Shown piece by piece: positions 39,913 through 52,586 of a stretch of DNA of 64,000 nucleotides (position 1 is its first letter; each line of letters starts with the position of its first letter). The translations under genes were made by a program, and so were the position numbers. Below the pieces are notes generated by a model that was given only the letters and a program-made list of their open reading frames with translations, did not search any database and was not told the DNA's origin. The DNA lies in contig NC_058368.1 of assembly GCF_018350175.1 (NCBI RefSeq), forward strand, positions 94,242,001-94,306,000, in the 5' to 3' direction. The DNA comes from Felis catus (Eukaryota).

Positions 39913-40127
39913 GGGGGCGCCTGGGTGGTGCAGTCGGTTAAGCGTCCGACTTCAGCCAGGTCACGATCTCGCGGTCCGTGAGTTCGAGCCCCGCGTCGGG
40001 CTCTGGGCTGATGGCTCAGAGCCTGGAGCCTGTTTCCGATTCTGTGTCTCCCTCTCTCTCTGCCCCTCCCCCGTTCATGCTCTGTCTCTCTCTGTCCCAA
40101 AAATAAATAAACGTTGAAAAAAAAAAA
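39913..40127 (+). mobile_element. Young near-consensus SINEC_Fc-type insertion
   Basis: Intact CpGs; perfect flanking repeat tttaaactacaacgtct (39896-39912 / 40128-40144). Confidence 0.93.
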
Positions 40128-40625
40128 TTTAAACTACAACGTCTCAACCAGTTGACGGATTTCGGACAGAAGAGCCATAGAAACACCATTGCATGGGGCA
40201 CCTTGTTGATTTTCTGTCCTTGCTCAATAGCTTTTCTCTTTTGCCAAAGTTCCAACGTGTCCTGAGCAGAACCAATGTCTGTTTTTGTTTTTCCATTACC
40301 TAGCTGTGTGTCCTTGGATAAACTATTTCATCTGCATTGTGCCTAAATGTCCTTACCTCTGAAGTGGGGTGGGGAGAAATAATATTGCTGTCTAACCTTA
40401 AAGGATTTCTCTGAAGTGTCAACAACATATATCTATATATACAAAAAGCGATTTAAATTTTTTAAGGTGCAGGGGCGCCTGGGTGGCTCAGTTAGTTAAG
40501 CGACCAACTTTGGCTCAGGTCATAGTCTCTGGGTTTGTGGGTTTGACCCCCGTGTGGGGAGGTGGGCTGACAGTTAACAGCCTGCTTTGGATTCTGTGTC
40601 TCCCTCTCTCTATGCCCCTCCCCCC

Positions 40626-40666
<41 letters not shown>

Positions 40667-43600
40667 TCTCTCTCAAAAATAAACATTAGAAAAAATAGAA
40701 AAAAATAAATAAATGTGAAATAAAAATGAAAGGGTAAGAATGTATACTTAAATAGTCCAGGCAAACATTGTCTTTGTTTTGAAATGACTGAATGGCCTTA
40801 GACCCAGTGGAATGTCGGCAAATGTCTAACAGGCTCTTTGAGGGAAGAAAACGACCCTGATTTATAGCATTGACAGATTCCCACAGTGTAAATACTCCTG
40901 CTGTGATCAATTTTCATCTACCAATCAGCTTGCAGAATTCCTGGATATCAGCTCTCATGTGTGAACCTGCACTGGTATAGCATTGCTTGGGCATATTGGT
41001 TAACTTTCACCTCACTTGCCTCAGTTTCTCTATTTATAATAGGACTTGTTTGGATCAGTGGTCACTCAAGTACATTTCATCTTCATGATTGCATAATATC
41101 ATAATTTTATATTTATCAGTTAGATGAACCACAGATGCATAAATTTACAATCATACAGCTTTTGCCGGAAGCTACATTGCAGTGATCTGTAGTGTAACGA
41201 CACTTTTTCTCTTTGCTATGGCATGCCGAGGACGACTCTTGGCATTGAAGGCTAATCCACCATCCTCAATTGCATTTGATTAATTTCTAGTTCTATAGTA
41301 TTTCGACCCCTGCTGTGCAAGGAATTTTTCTGGTCGCACTCTTAGGTAAACATTATACATATCACTATAGTGTGTGGATATATAAATATAAATATATTAA
41401 ACAGACCACTGCTTTTCAAGCTTGTATAAGGAAGGATGTCCCTCAGACCACTGCTTTTGGTTTAACTCAGTGTTTGGAACCATGTTTCACTAGCTCTGAG
41501 TCTCTCACAGCTTCTTCTTGTGAATTACTTGTCTTTTTGTGAATTACTTGAAAAAGAAACAAAATGCCCCCGCATTAAACAACTGGAGAGGCTTTTTTTC
41601 AAAGCTATCACCTCTTCTCGCATCTTCATTACCCAAAAAGCTCAGTGATAAAAAACAAAACAAAACAAAACTCAATGACCACATCAGGAAAGCATTGACT
41701 CCCCAGTTGAGCGCAGGAGGAATTCTAAACTGACCATGACCGTATCATTAATTTTCTCACGAACACGTGGACTTTCTTGCCTGTGGTAAGTAATCTCTGT
41801 GAGTCTCAAGCTTCCGAGAGCATTGGAGGCTTCACATGAATGCATGTGACCACTTCACAGGGTGGAAGCTCTAAAATGGAAAGCAGTGACATTGGGGGAC
41901 AGCTCCTGCACAGTGGGAGTACTCTTCAGCCAGGGCAATTTGCCACAACCTTGTGCTGTCACCTCATTTCCTGGGGCCGAGTTATCTCGTTTGCTTTGTA
42001 ATAAAGGAGTGTGTCAACTGATACTTGTGAAATGACATTATGCACACGGTTGTCATTGTGGAGTGGTTTGTAATTGTAGAAGGCTGGAAATCATGTCAAA
42101 GTCCAGTAACAGGGGATTGGTGAACTAAACCAGGGTACGTTTGTGTGATGGAAATACCATGACCCGTGGCTACAAAAGAACGAAGGACATGTTTGTATTC
42201 CAGTGTGGAAAGCTCTCCTTGTAAGTGCACAACGTGGACTTCAGAATGTTACCCTACGTATAAATGATAAAAAATAAACAAATAAGCAAACACAGAAATT
42301 GGTTAATATAGGTTACCTCTAAAGAGGGAAACTCCATATAATTTTTTTTAAGTTTATTTTTTTTTTGAGAGAGAGAAAGAGCGCATGTGCAGATGTGCAA
42401 GTGGGAGAGGGGCCGAGAGAGACACAGAGAGAGAGAATCCCAAGCAGGTCCCACACTGTCAGCACAGAGCCCGACATAGGGCTTGAACCCATGAACCAGG
42501 AGATCATAACCTGAGTGGAAATCAAGAGTTGGATGCTTAACCAACTGAGCCAGCCAGCTGCCCACACCAAATTCTTTTCATGTCTTTATGTTTTCCATGA
42601 CAGTATGTCTCACCTATTTCAACATACACACGTATCTGTATGCATTTTTTCCTCACATTTGCTCTTTTTTCTAAAAGATATTAGAGCTTTCTTTGGGGAA
42701 TACCCATGAGTCTATCTGTCAACTCCTCTGCCTTTGAAGTGATGTTTTTTAAAAATTCAAGTATAAGGGCACCTTATAACTCAGTTGGTAGATCATGTGA
42801 CTCTTGGTCTCAGGGTTGTGAGTTTGAGCCCCACATTGTGTCTAGAGATTCCTTAAAAGTAAAAGCTTAAAAAAAATTCAAGTATAATTAACATACAGTG
42901 TTATATTAGTTTCAGGTGTATAATACCATGATTCAACAATTCTATACATTACTCAGTGCCCATCACAATAAATGTACCTTTTTTTAAAACTCATTCCTTC
43001 ATTGTCCTCTCCTCAGCAGCAACCTCCCCACTGTGTGCCACAATGAGTGTACTCTTAATCCCCTTAACCTATTCCATGATGGGGCATTTTGTAAGTTTCA
43101 CTAGTAAAAATATTCATAATTATGGAAAAATATACATAATATTTATTATATTAACCAGCCACAAAGGTACAATTTAGTGGCATCAGATATATTCACAATG
43201 GTGTGTACCTATCACCAGTATCTACAAGCAAATCATTTTCTAAATATATAATTTTATTTTAATATAAATATATATTTATATAATATACATGAATATATTA
43301 ATGTTTAATTATATTATAATTACATTATATTAGAATATATGAATGTTATATGAATATTTATGTAATATAAATCAATATCTATTAATATAAATATTTTATT
43401 TTATTATTTTTTTAATGTTTATTTATTTTTGAGAGAGAGAGAGCATGAGCAGACAGGGGCAAAGAGAGAAGGAGACACAGAATGTGAAGCAGGCTCCAGG
43501 CTCTGAGTTGTCAACACAGAGCCTGATGTGGGGTTTGAACTCACGGACCACAAGATCATGGCCTGAGCTGAAGTCAGCTGCTTAACCGATGGAGCCACCC

Positions 43601-45809
43601 AGGCACCCAAATATATATTTTATACAAATACTTAAATATATATACGTATATTACTTTAGAGAGAGAGAAAGAGCACAAACAGTAGAGGGGCAGAGGGAGA
43701 GACAGAGAGAGGGAGAAAGAGAGAGAATCTTAAGCAGGCTCCACATTTAGCACAGACTCTGACACGAAGCTCCATCCCACGACCCTGGGATCATGACCTG
43801 AGCCGAAATCAAGAGTTGGTCCCTCAACTGACTGGGCTACTAAGGCGGCCCCAAGCACATCACTTTCATGACTCCCAACTCTGTACCCATGAAACACTAA
43901 CTCCCTCTCCCCCCAGCCCCTTCCCTCCAGGAACCTCCAGTCTGTTTTTTGTCTCTATGGATTGGCTAAGTCCTTATCTAAGAATGGAATCATACAATAT
44001 TTGTTTTTTTCTGTGTCTGGCTTATTTCACTATTTTATACACTTTTTCTTTTCTTCTTTTTTTTTCCACATATACTTTTTAAAGAAAACATCTACCAACT
44101 GGATACACAAAGTTGTGAAAGTCTAAAACATCCTTCATGTTTTTAGAAACAAAGAGAACAGAACTTGTGAAATATGTGGACCTGCCTGGGACAAGGTAGC
44201 ACCAGTTTCTGGTGTTTCCTGGAACCACCCCCCCGCCCCTGCTCCCCAACCTTGTAACTTTTAAAATGTTAACCAGTAGCCTAGCTTGCCAATGCCCTCC
44301 TATCTCAGAAAATGAACTCAAATAGCCATCACTTCTCACAAGCTTTGGCTCAGTAAGACAGGGTTCCTGGGGCGCCTGCGTGGCTCAATTAAGCGTCTGA
44401 CTCTTGATTTAGGCTCAGGTCATGATCTCACGATTCTGAGATCAAATCTCACATCAGGCTCAGAGCAGAGTGTAGAGCCTGCTTAAGATTCTCTCTCTCT
44501 CTCTCTCTCTCTCTCTGCCCCTCCCTGGCTCATGTGCTCTCTCGCTCTCAAAATAAATAAAATAATCTTAAAAAAAAAAAAAAAGACAAGCTTCTTTAAT
44601 GGGGATCCAGGGACCTAGGAATCTAGGAATCTAGACCCTAGGAGGGTCCAGGAATCTTTTCTGAAATTGTATGCAAATTTATGGTGTGCTGGGCTTTCTG
44701 GAGAGAACTTTATCATTCAGATATCATTCAGGTTTTCAAAGTGGTCTGTGAATCAGTAAAAAATAAATAAATAAATAAATAAATAAATAAAGGCTGGGCA
44801 CCATTGCTAAGTGGGATAATTAATGCTGTCCCCACCCATGAAATGTGCCTAAAAGCCTTTTCTTCATCAACTGGTTTGTCTAAGTACATAGTCAATGAAC
44901 TCACACCAAAAGATAAGCCACTGACATGGGCCTAATGAAAGAAGTCTCTGGCTTCAAAATATGATTCGCAGAATTTCCATACTTCACAGAAAATAATATA
45001 ACACATGTGTTTTGGTAACACAAGTTAACGACCGCAGCATTGGGGTACATTAATGCAAAATTGTTATATGAGGAGATTGAGAGTTTTTTAATTAAGTCTG
45101 TTTATTTTGAGAGAGAGAGTGGGAAAAGGGGCGGAGAGGAAGGAAGAGAGAATCCCAGGCAGGATCTGCACCGATGCAGGGCTCGAACTCACAAGCCATG
45201 AGATCAAGACCTGAGCCAAGCCAGATGCTTAACCCAATGAGCCACCTAGTCACCCCAAGCCTTTTTTCATTCACTTCATACGTATTTATTGAGTACCTGC
45301 TCTGTGTCAGGTCTGACCTAAGGTCTGATAAAGCAGTAAATGAAATCCACCCATTGGGGCTTCCATCTTATTGGTAGGGAGTAAAAAAAGGAAGAACACT
45401 TTTCAGATAATGCTAAGTGGTTCAGTGAAATCATATGGAGAGTGGCTGGGTTTTGCTTTTTTCTTTTAAAGTTCATTTATTTTGAGAGAGAGAGAGAGAA
45501 GTACGAGCAAATGCACAAGTAGGGGAGGGGCAGAGAGAGAATCCCAGGCAAGCTGCGCACTTTCAGCGCAGAGCCTGATGGGGAGCTCAATTTCACGATC
45601 AAGAAGAGACCATGACCTGGGCTGAAATCAAGAGTCGGTCACTTAACCAACTGAGCCACCCAGACGCCCTGAGAAGGAGTTTTAAAGGAAGTGGGTTGGG
45701 GTCAAATCCTAGCTCTGTAACATCTTGGCTGGATGAATTCGGCACATGTCTAAACTGTGCTGAACAATTCAAAATGTGGGGAACAACGGAGTCCCAGGGA
45801 TTATGATAG

Positions 45810-46400
45810 AGCCTTACCCATTCCTGATTTAAATGATGAGATTTGGTCAAAATTTTGGACTTTCAGTTGACACTGTGATGGGGACCCTGGGATGGGGTGA
45901 GTGTAGTTTGCATGTGGGATGGACATAGCCGTCTGGGAAGACGGGGGTAGACTATGGTAGGGTGACCCCCCCAAACATCCACATCCTGACCCCCAGCACC
46001 TATAAATACATTATCTCACATGCCAAGAGACTTTACAGATGGAAGGGTAAAATCTAGAGATACAGATACTTTCTGGTTGTTTGAGTGAGGAGAGAGTAGC
46101 AAAGAATGGGTCAGAGTGCCTAGATACAGGACTCAGTCCGCCATTGCTGGCTTAAAGATGGACAAGGGGATCCGGAGCTGGGCATTCCGCCTAGTCTCTA
46201 GAAGCTGGGGGAAAACACTCAATAAAACAGACCCCACACAAAACTCACACAAAGGAAATGCAAGCCTGCCGTTATTATGGATTTTAAGGCCGTGAAAGTC
46301 AGACTTCCGACCTGTGGAGCTGTAGGATAATAAACTGGTGTTGCTTTACGCCACTAAGTCTGTAGTGAAATACATTCAAGCAGCAGTAGAAAGCCAATAT
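45810..46400 (+). mobile_element. MLT1 internal 3' end plus LTR (MaLR)
   Basis: ttttggactttcagttga..gggatggggtgagtgtagtttgcatgtggga, then LTR from about 45954 ending aataaactggtgttgcttta.gccactaagt..gcagcagtagaaagccaata. Confidence 0.7.
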
Positions 46401-48009
46401 AGGACCTAATTCATGAAGAAACATTCCAGGAGTTTGTTAGTACGTCTGGACAACTGGTTAACAATGCCTACTACGTAATAAGCACTCACTAAATGAGAGG
46501 AAGCAAGATGTAAATAATTCTATAGACGGTGACGTGGTGTAAACAACACAGTGACCAATATAGAACCATCTTCAAAGGACTTTTTTTAAGAGAGAGAGAA
46601 TGAGTGTGCATGCACACATGAGTGAGTGGAGGAGAGGGAGAGAGAGGGAGATAGAATCTTAAGCAGGCTCCAGGCTCAGTGTGGAGCCCAACATGGGTCT
46701 TGATCTCACCATCCTGGGATCATGACCTGAGCCAAAATCCAGAGTCGGACACTCAAACGACTGAGCCACCCAGGCAACCCAAAGGACTTTACTTTCTAAT
46801 TAAGCTTCTGGAGATAATGAATTCCAAGATTATGAGATATTCCTAAAATGACTGCCTGAAGCAGGGGCAGAAAGCCGAAACGCGTATGTGGTCTCTGCAA
46901 GTAACATCAACAGAGAGACAGGTAAGCCGGACACGGACTGGAGAGGTGGTCCCATCCAGGAGGCAGAGCTGAGCCCAGCTAACGGACATCCGTGAAAATG
47001 CCGAGAAGGAACTAGAAATGTTCAAGAAGCTAGAAATCTACACCTTCTTCTAGGAAATCTCGTTTTTAAATGCTGGAAACTAATTCGCACTTGAACACCT
47101 ACAGAACACCCACAGACCCACCCACAATTCTCAGGCAAAACTGTTTATGTCAGTGAATCCCAAGAGAGCCAAGGGCCTCTGGGGTTGGGACTTCTGGGCA
47201 ATTCATGAACAACTGTAAAACACAAAAAGCTGAGCTCTTTTGAACTCATTTTTTGGCACTCTCACAACCGTAAGGGTTAGACCATAAAAGTATCTTTTTT
47301 AAAAATTTAAGGGGCACCTGGGTGGCTTAGTCGGTTAAGCATCCGACTTTGGCTCAGGTCATGATCTCTCAGTTCGTGAATTTGAGCCCCGCATCAGGCT
47401 CTGTGCTGACAGCTCAGAGCCTGGAACCTGCTTCAAATTCTTTGTCTCCTTCTCTCTCTCTCTCAAAAAAAAATAAACACGGGCGCCTGGGTGGCTCAGT
47501 CGGCTGAGCAACCGAGTTCAGCTCAGGTCATGATCTCACAGCTCATGAGTTTGAGCCCCGCGTCGGGCTCTATGCTGACAGCTCAGAGCCTGGAGCCTGC
47601 TTCTGCTTCTGTCTCCCTCTCTCTCTGCCCCTAACCCACTCGCATTCTCTCTCTCAAAAATAAATAAACATTACAAATAAATAAACATTAAAAAAAATTA
47701 AAAATTTAGTTTTTATTTTTGGGCGAGAGAATACACGACCTGGGCAGAAGGGGAGAGACAGAGAGAGGGAGAGAGAGAATGAGTCTCAAGCAGGTTCCAC
47801 ACTGTCAGTGCAGAGCCTGAGATGGGACTCGAACTCACGAACCATGAGATCATGACCTGAGCTGAAATCAAGAGTCGGACCCTTAACTGACTGGGCCACC
47901 CAGGCACCCCCATCAAGGTATCTTTTGTCGTGCTTTTGGTACTTCATGTAAATCTAAGAAAGTATGAATTGTAGGAAATTCTTATCAAGTTAAACAGAAA
48001 GACAACACT

Positions 48010-48736
48010 GAATTGTATTCAAATCCAGTTTTATTAAAATTATTTGGCGATTTCAGGAGCAGTACAAAGTCTTTGACTATGACCGCTGCACACGTTTAGA
48101 CAGGAGTTTAATGTTTTTTGGTCTGGTTTGTGTTTGGGTATGTGTACTTTTCTAAACCTTCTGTCCTTCCTTTCGTTACCAAATGACAAAGTTCCTTCCG
48201 TTTTTCTCTGTCTACAATACCTTACTACGTATAGGACAGGAATTTGTAAAGTAAGACTGAAAAAATAAAATCCATAGATCCAAAAATTTCTCTGCAAATA
48301 TTAAGAACATACAAAGGATACTAAAGGCATCTACATTTAGTCCTCCAAGTAGCAAGGCGAGCATTTGACGTCTGTGGTTTCTTGTTTTTATTTATTGCTA
48401 ATTACAGTTCAGGGACCAAAGCGTTTCCAAAAGCATCCTTCATTGACATTCCCACTGTGGTTCCCCTGAATTTAGAGGATAAAACCAAGAGAGTACTTGA
48501 TTTGGCCCTTACAATTACAATGCTTATTTTCCCTTTAGTGGGATTTTTCTTCTGCAGTAGCTCAGGGCACTATTTGCTTGCTCAATGCCTTACAATTAGC
48601 GTCTGCTTTGTAGTAGATCTGGGTATTGGCTTTGTAAAACGTGTATTGTTGGACAGCAGATGGTGGGGAGGCCTCCCTGTCCAAGGCAAAACTTTTAGCA
48701 GACCTTAGAGTAAAACCTTAGAGGATTTGGTGCTTC
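48010..48736 (-). other. CDO1: CDO1 3' UTR (about 0.7 kb)
   Basis: Sequence without recognisable repeats between the stop codon and the AATAAA signal. Confidence 0.75.
48030..48035 (-). terminator. Polyadenylation signal AATAAA of CDO1
   Basis: tttatt on plus strand; followed about 20-40 nt further along the minus strand by a GU/U-rich element (CAGTGTTGTCTTTCTGTTT). Confidence 0.8.
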
Positions 48737-48766
48737 TTAGTTGTTCTCCAGGGATCCTGAAACTGT
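48737..48766 (-). CDS. CDO1: Cysteine dioxygenase type 1, coding part of exon 5
   Basis: Acceptor tttctttcttacag|ACA; encodes TVSGSLENN then TAA, matching the conserved SGSLENN C-terminus. Too short to appear in the ORF track. Confidence 0.95.
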   Translation of the reverse strand, partial: TVSGSLENN

Positions 48767-50178
48767 CTGTAAGAAAGAAAGAAAGTTGTGTAAGAATCTT
48801 TTACACAAGACCTTTTCGGCTTGTTCCTAAGGAGTCCTGCTTTTTTAGCAGCGTACGTAAACTTGGCTTTGGCAGTGGAGCCCTGGAGTTTCATTCCTGT
48901 GATAAGACTATCTCTTGGGGATCAGAATGCAGAAAACCAAGCGGGGCAATCACCTGAGAAATTTCTGCCCTTGTTTCCCTCCAAGGCTGTGCTTTAAGAT
49001 TTGTAAGGATGGCTTCCAGTATTGGATTTTCACGCACTGTCTATTTCTGGACATTCCTGTTATTAATTCAACATCATTCCCCCCTAAATGGCCAATTTAT
49101 TTCACCACAGGGAGAACACTGCCATAAGGTGTCACTGGTGGCTGCCTTATTATTTTCAGGAGGAAAAACACTTAGTTCTTGAGAGGAAACATGTCATTAG
49201 AGCCTACTCTCATTTTATTTGTGGTCTAAATAGTATCACTACTCTTTTGCAATCAAAACAGGCCAGTGTATTTATAGCACCGGAACAGGGCCTTGACTTT
49301 GTGAAGGTTAACTATGCTAATGACTTGTGTTGTCGTAGTCAATCAGGTCTATGAACATTAAGTCCCGGCAATAACAGTTAGATCAAATAATATAGTTTTT
49401 ATTCTTATTTCTCTAATAAATGAAGAAACATTTTCTTTTCTTTTCTTTTCTTTTTTTTGAGAGCACGCCTGCATGTGTGAGCAGGGGAAGGGCACAGGGA
49501 GAGGGAGAGAGAACCCCAAGCAGGTTCCCCGCTCAGCGTGGAGCTTGATGCAGGGTTTGATCTCAAGACCGTGAGATCATGACCTGAGCCAAAATCAAGA
49601 GTCAGATGTTTCACTGACTGAGCCACCCAGGCGCTCTGAAAAAACATTTTCTTTAGTAGTGAGCTTACATTTTTAAATTTGTCAATAAACAATTCTTTGC
49701 ATCTAATTTACATTATTTTATTTAATTAATTTATTAAAAATTTTTTTCTATTTATTTATTTTTGAGAGAGAGACAGCGTGGGAGCAAGGGAGGGGCAGAC
49801 AGGGAGACACAGAATCCGAGGCAGGCTCCAGGCTCCAAGCTGTCAGCACAGAGCCCAATGTGGCGCTCAAACTCAGGAACTGTGAGATCACGACCTGAGC
49901 CAAGTGGGATGCTTAACTGGCTGAGCCACCCAGGTGCCCCAAATCTATGTTATTTTAAATAAACTGAAAACATTGTCATATCGTCTCCAAAGAAGAAAAG
50001 AATTAGGATGTCAGGGGCCTTTGCACCAAGTTAAGGTTCATCTCATTCTTCTTTGAGAAAACTTTGAGAAAACTTACAGCAAGACATACAAACAATATCT
50101 AGAACAAGCAACACGTACAGTGTGTAATGTTGCCAACAGACAAAGCACTTAAGCCGAGAAGAGAGAAATTATACTTAC

Positions 50179-50348
50179 AAATGGAATCCTGATTCCAAAT
50201 TTGCTGTGGAATGTCATGGTGACTTTGTTTTTATGTCCTGTTCTTTGATCAAAGGCGTGGCATGTATCAAAAGGCGGGCTGTACAAGTGAAGGCTGACGG
50301 CAGGCTCTGTATGGCTGATATTCTCTACTCGATGTAAACCAATGGAAT
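50179..50348 (-). CDS. CDO1: Cysteine dioxygenase type 1, coding exon 4
   Basis: Acceptor gtatag|AT; encodes (D)SIGLHRVENISHTEPAVSLHLYSPPFDTCHAFDQRTGHKNKVTMTFHSKFGIRIPF; donor TTT|GTAAGT; 170 nt. Confidence 0.98.
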
Positions 50349-50439
50349 CTATACAATACCCAAGAAGGAAAAGCAGATGAAGGAGCTTAAATGACAAGTG
50401 CAGGTGAAAATCTGTCATCCTTCTAAGACCGTAAATCAA

Positions 50440-52480
50440 TTTGATACCCCTCTACAATTACACCTGAAGAATTTTAAAAAGGCATCAATTCACAAATACA
50501 AAAAAAAAAGGGGGGACAAGATAAAGCATCAATAAAAGTTTGAGAGCTTGAAAGAAGATGAATAGCTTTACCAAGGACAGAAAGAGAAATCCTTAGCTAC
50601 CCACGGGGAGAGCCAAAAATTAACCTGATATCTATCCTGATATATCTATATCTATATATTTACATATCTATATACACACAATATATATATGTAAATGAAC
50701 CTCACTGTTATCTTTAAAAAGAGTTTTTTTCATTTTTTAGAGAGACAGAGCATGAGTGGGGAAGGGGACAGAGAGGGAGACACAGAATCCGAAGCAGGCT
50801 CCAGGCGCTGAGCTGTCAGCACAGAGCCCGACGAGGGGCTTGAACTCATGGACCTTGAGATCATGACCTGAAGTTGGATGCTTAATCGACTGAGCCACCC
50901 AGGCGCCCCATAACCTCACTTATATCTTGATATCATAAATATGTATACATAAATATATAATATCTGTATCTAAATCTGTATCTGGCTCAAAAGCTTAGGG
51001 ACTGGCAGCACAGATACTTCTGGAAATGAGGATGAAGGCAGGGCTAAAAATTCAAGACCTGGTTGAAAAGCCTATTTAAGTAGAGGCTCTGATCTCTTTT
51101 ACCACTTTTCCCCCATTCCCCAGAGTAGAAGTCTGAGATCTCTAGTCTAGAAGGAGTAGAATACATGAACTCAGGACTGGTGAAAAACAAGTGACTTAAC
51201 ATACTGAATGGTGAGATCCCTGCTTTCTTCACCACCTAGCTGCAGGAATGCTGCCAGACAGGATTGTTTTCTCAGCCGGTGGAGGGTGGAAATTCGAAGC
51301 AGCTTCTCAGAGAATCTGATTGGCTCCAGAATAAAGCTCTTAAAGACACTGCCATTGGCTGTTCGTCAAGGAAAAAGCTCTGCCAGATTATTCTAGAGTG
51401 AAGGCCAGTTGACAGACACCATTCTTGTGTTCAGAGCTATCAGTTAACTTTTTTTTTTTTGTCCCTGGTTTTCAAATATTAGCCCACAGCCAAGGCCCCT
51501 AGATATTTGAGCAAGATCTCTAGTATTGGAGCACGTGGGTGGCTTAGTGGGTTAAGCATCCAACTTCCACTCAGGTCATGATCTCAGAGTTCATGAGTCT
51601 GAGCTCTGCATCGTAGGGCTCTATGCTAAAAACAGCTCAGAGCCTGAAGGTGCTTCAGATTCTCTGTCCTCCTCTCCCTCTGCCCCTCCCCCACTTGCGC
51701 TCTGTCTCTCAGAAATTAATTTAAAATGTTCAAAAAAAAAAAAAAAGATCTCTAGTATTAAAAAGGGCCAGAGCAAACCTCCCAAAAAAACAACCTGAAC
51801 AAACACTACTCAGGAGAAGACTTTAAAAAATCAGACAACCAGTTCAGGAGGTTTCCTAACTGAGCAACAGGAGTTTCAGAAATAGAACAAAACCAAACCC
51901 CAAAGAAATAACCTGAAAATATTTCCTGGATTAGAAGGACAGAGGTTTCCAGAATGAAAGAAACCACGGAGTACCCAACACAATGACTGAGAGTCGTGAA
52001 ACAAGGGACATGACTGTAATGCTCGGGACAGGAAAAGATACCAAAAGAGAAGATCCCAAAGTTTCTAGAAAGAAAAAAATAGTTTCATGGAACGATTTAA
52101 GAATCAGAGTGGCAGCAGGCTTTCACAAAGACGACTGGAAACTAAAAGTCAAGGGATTGCCTTTCATAGTTCTGGGAGAAGATTCTAGGCTCTAATTCCA
52201 TATCAATCATGTTGTAACGATGGACTATAGAGACTTTCAGGTGAATGAGGTCTCAGGAATTTACTTTCCACGAACCCTTTCTCACCAAGGGAGATGAGAT
52301 TGAGGAGATGTTCCACCAAAATAAGGGCATGGACCAAGAAGGAAGCAGACAGCATATCAGGAAATAAGGGTATCAGCAAAAGGAGGAAACAGAGGGAAAG
52401 ACTGAATGATGTGAAGGTACTCCAGGATGACAGCTGAGCCCTGGCTCGGAAACAAACCAATTCAAACTGAAGCAAGTCTA
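50440..52480 (+). mobile_element. Old L1 5'/ORF1 (HAL1-like) remnant in CDO1 intron 3, with SINEs
   Basis: caggagtttcagaaa..aaagaaata..aaaatatttcctgga..gtttccagaatgaaag..aagaatcagagtggca resemble ORF1 remnants. Confidence 0.55.
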
Positions 52481-52496
52481 GGGGCCCTGGGGGAGA

Positions 52497-52586
52497 GGAA
52501 GGAAGGTAGAGAGGAAGGATGGAAGGAAGGAAGGAAGGAAGGAAGGAAGGAAGGAAGGAAGGAAGGAAGGAGAAAAGGAAGGAAGG
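52497..52586. repeat. (GGAA)n microsatellite in CDO1 intron 3
   Basis: Direct reading. Confidence 0.95.

Noticed and set aside
43240..43415. Extremely AT-rich stretch
   Set aside because: Degenerate (TA)n expansion adjoining a SINE tail within an L1 remnant.
1..48000. Short ORFs with GAWVAQSVK / RERERE / LSLSLS motifs
   Set aside because: Translations of CAN-SINE bodies and their (CT)n tracts.
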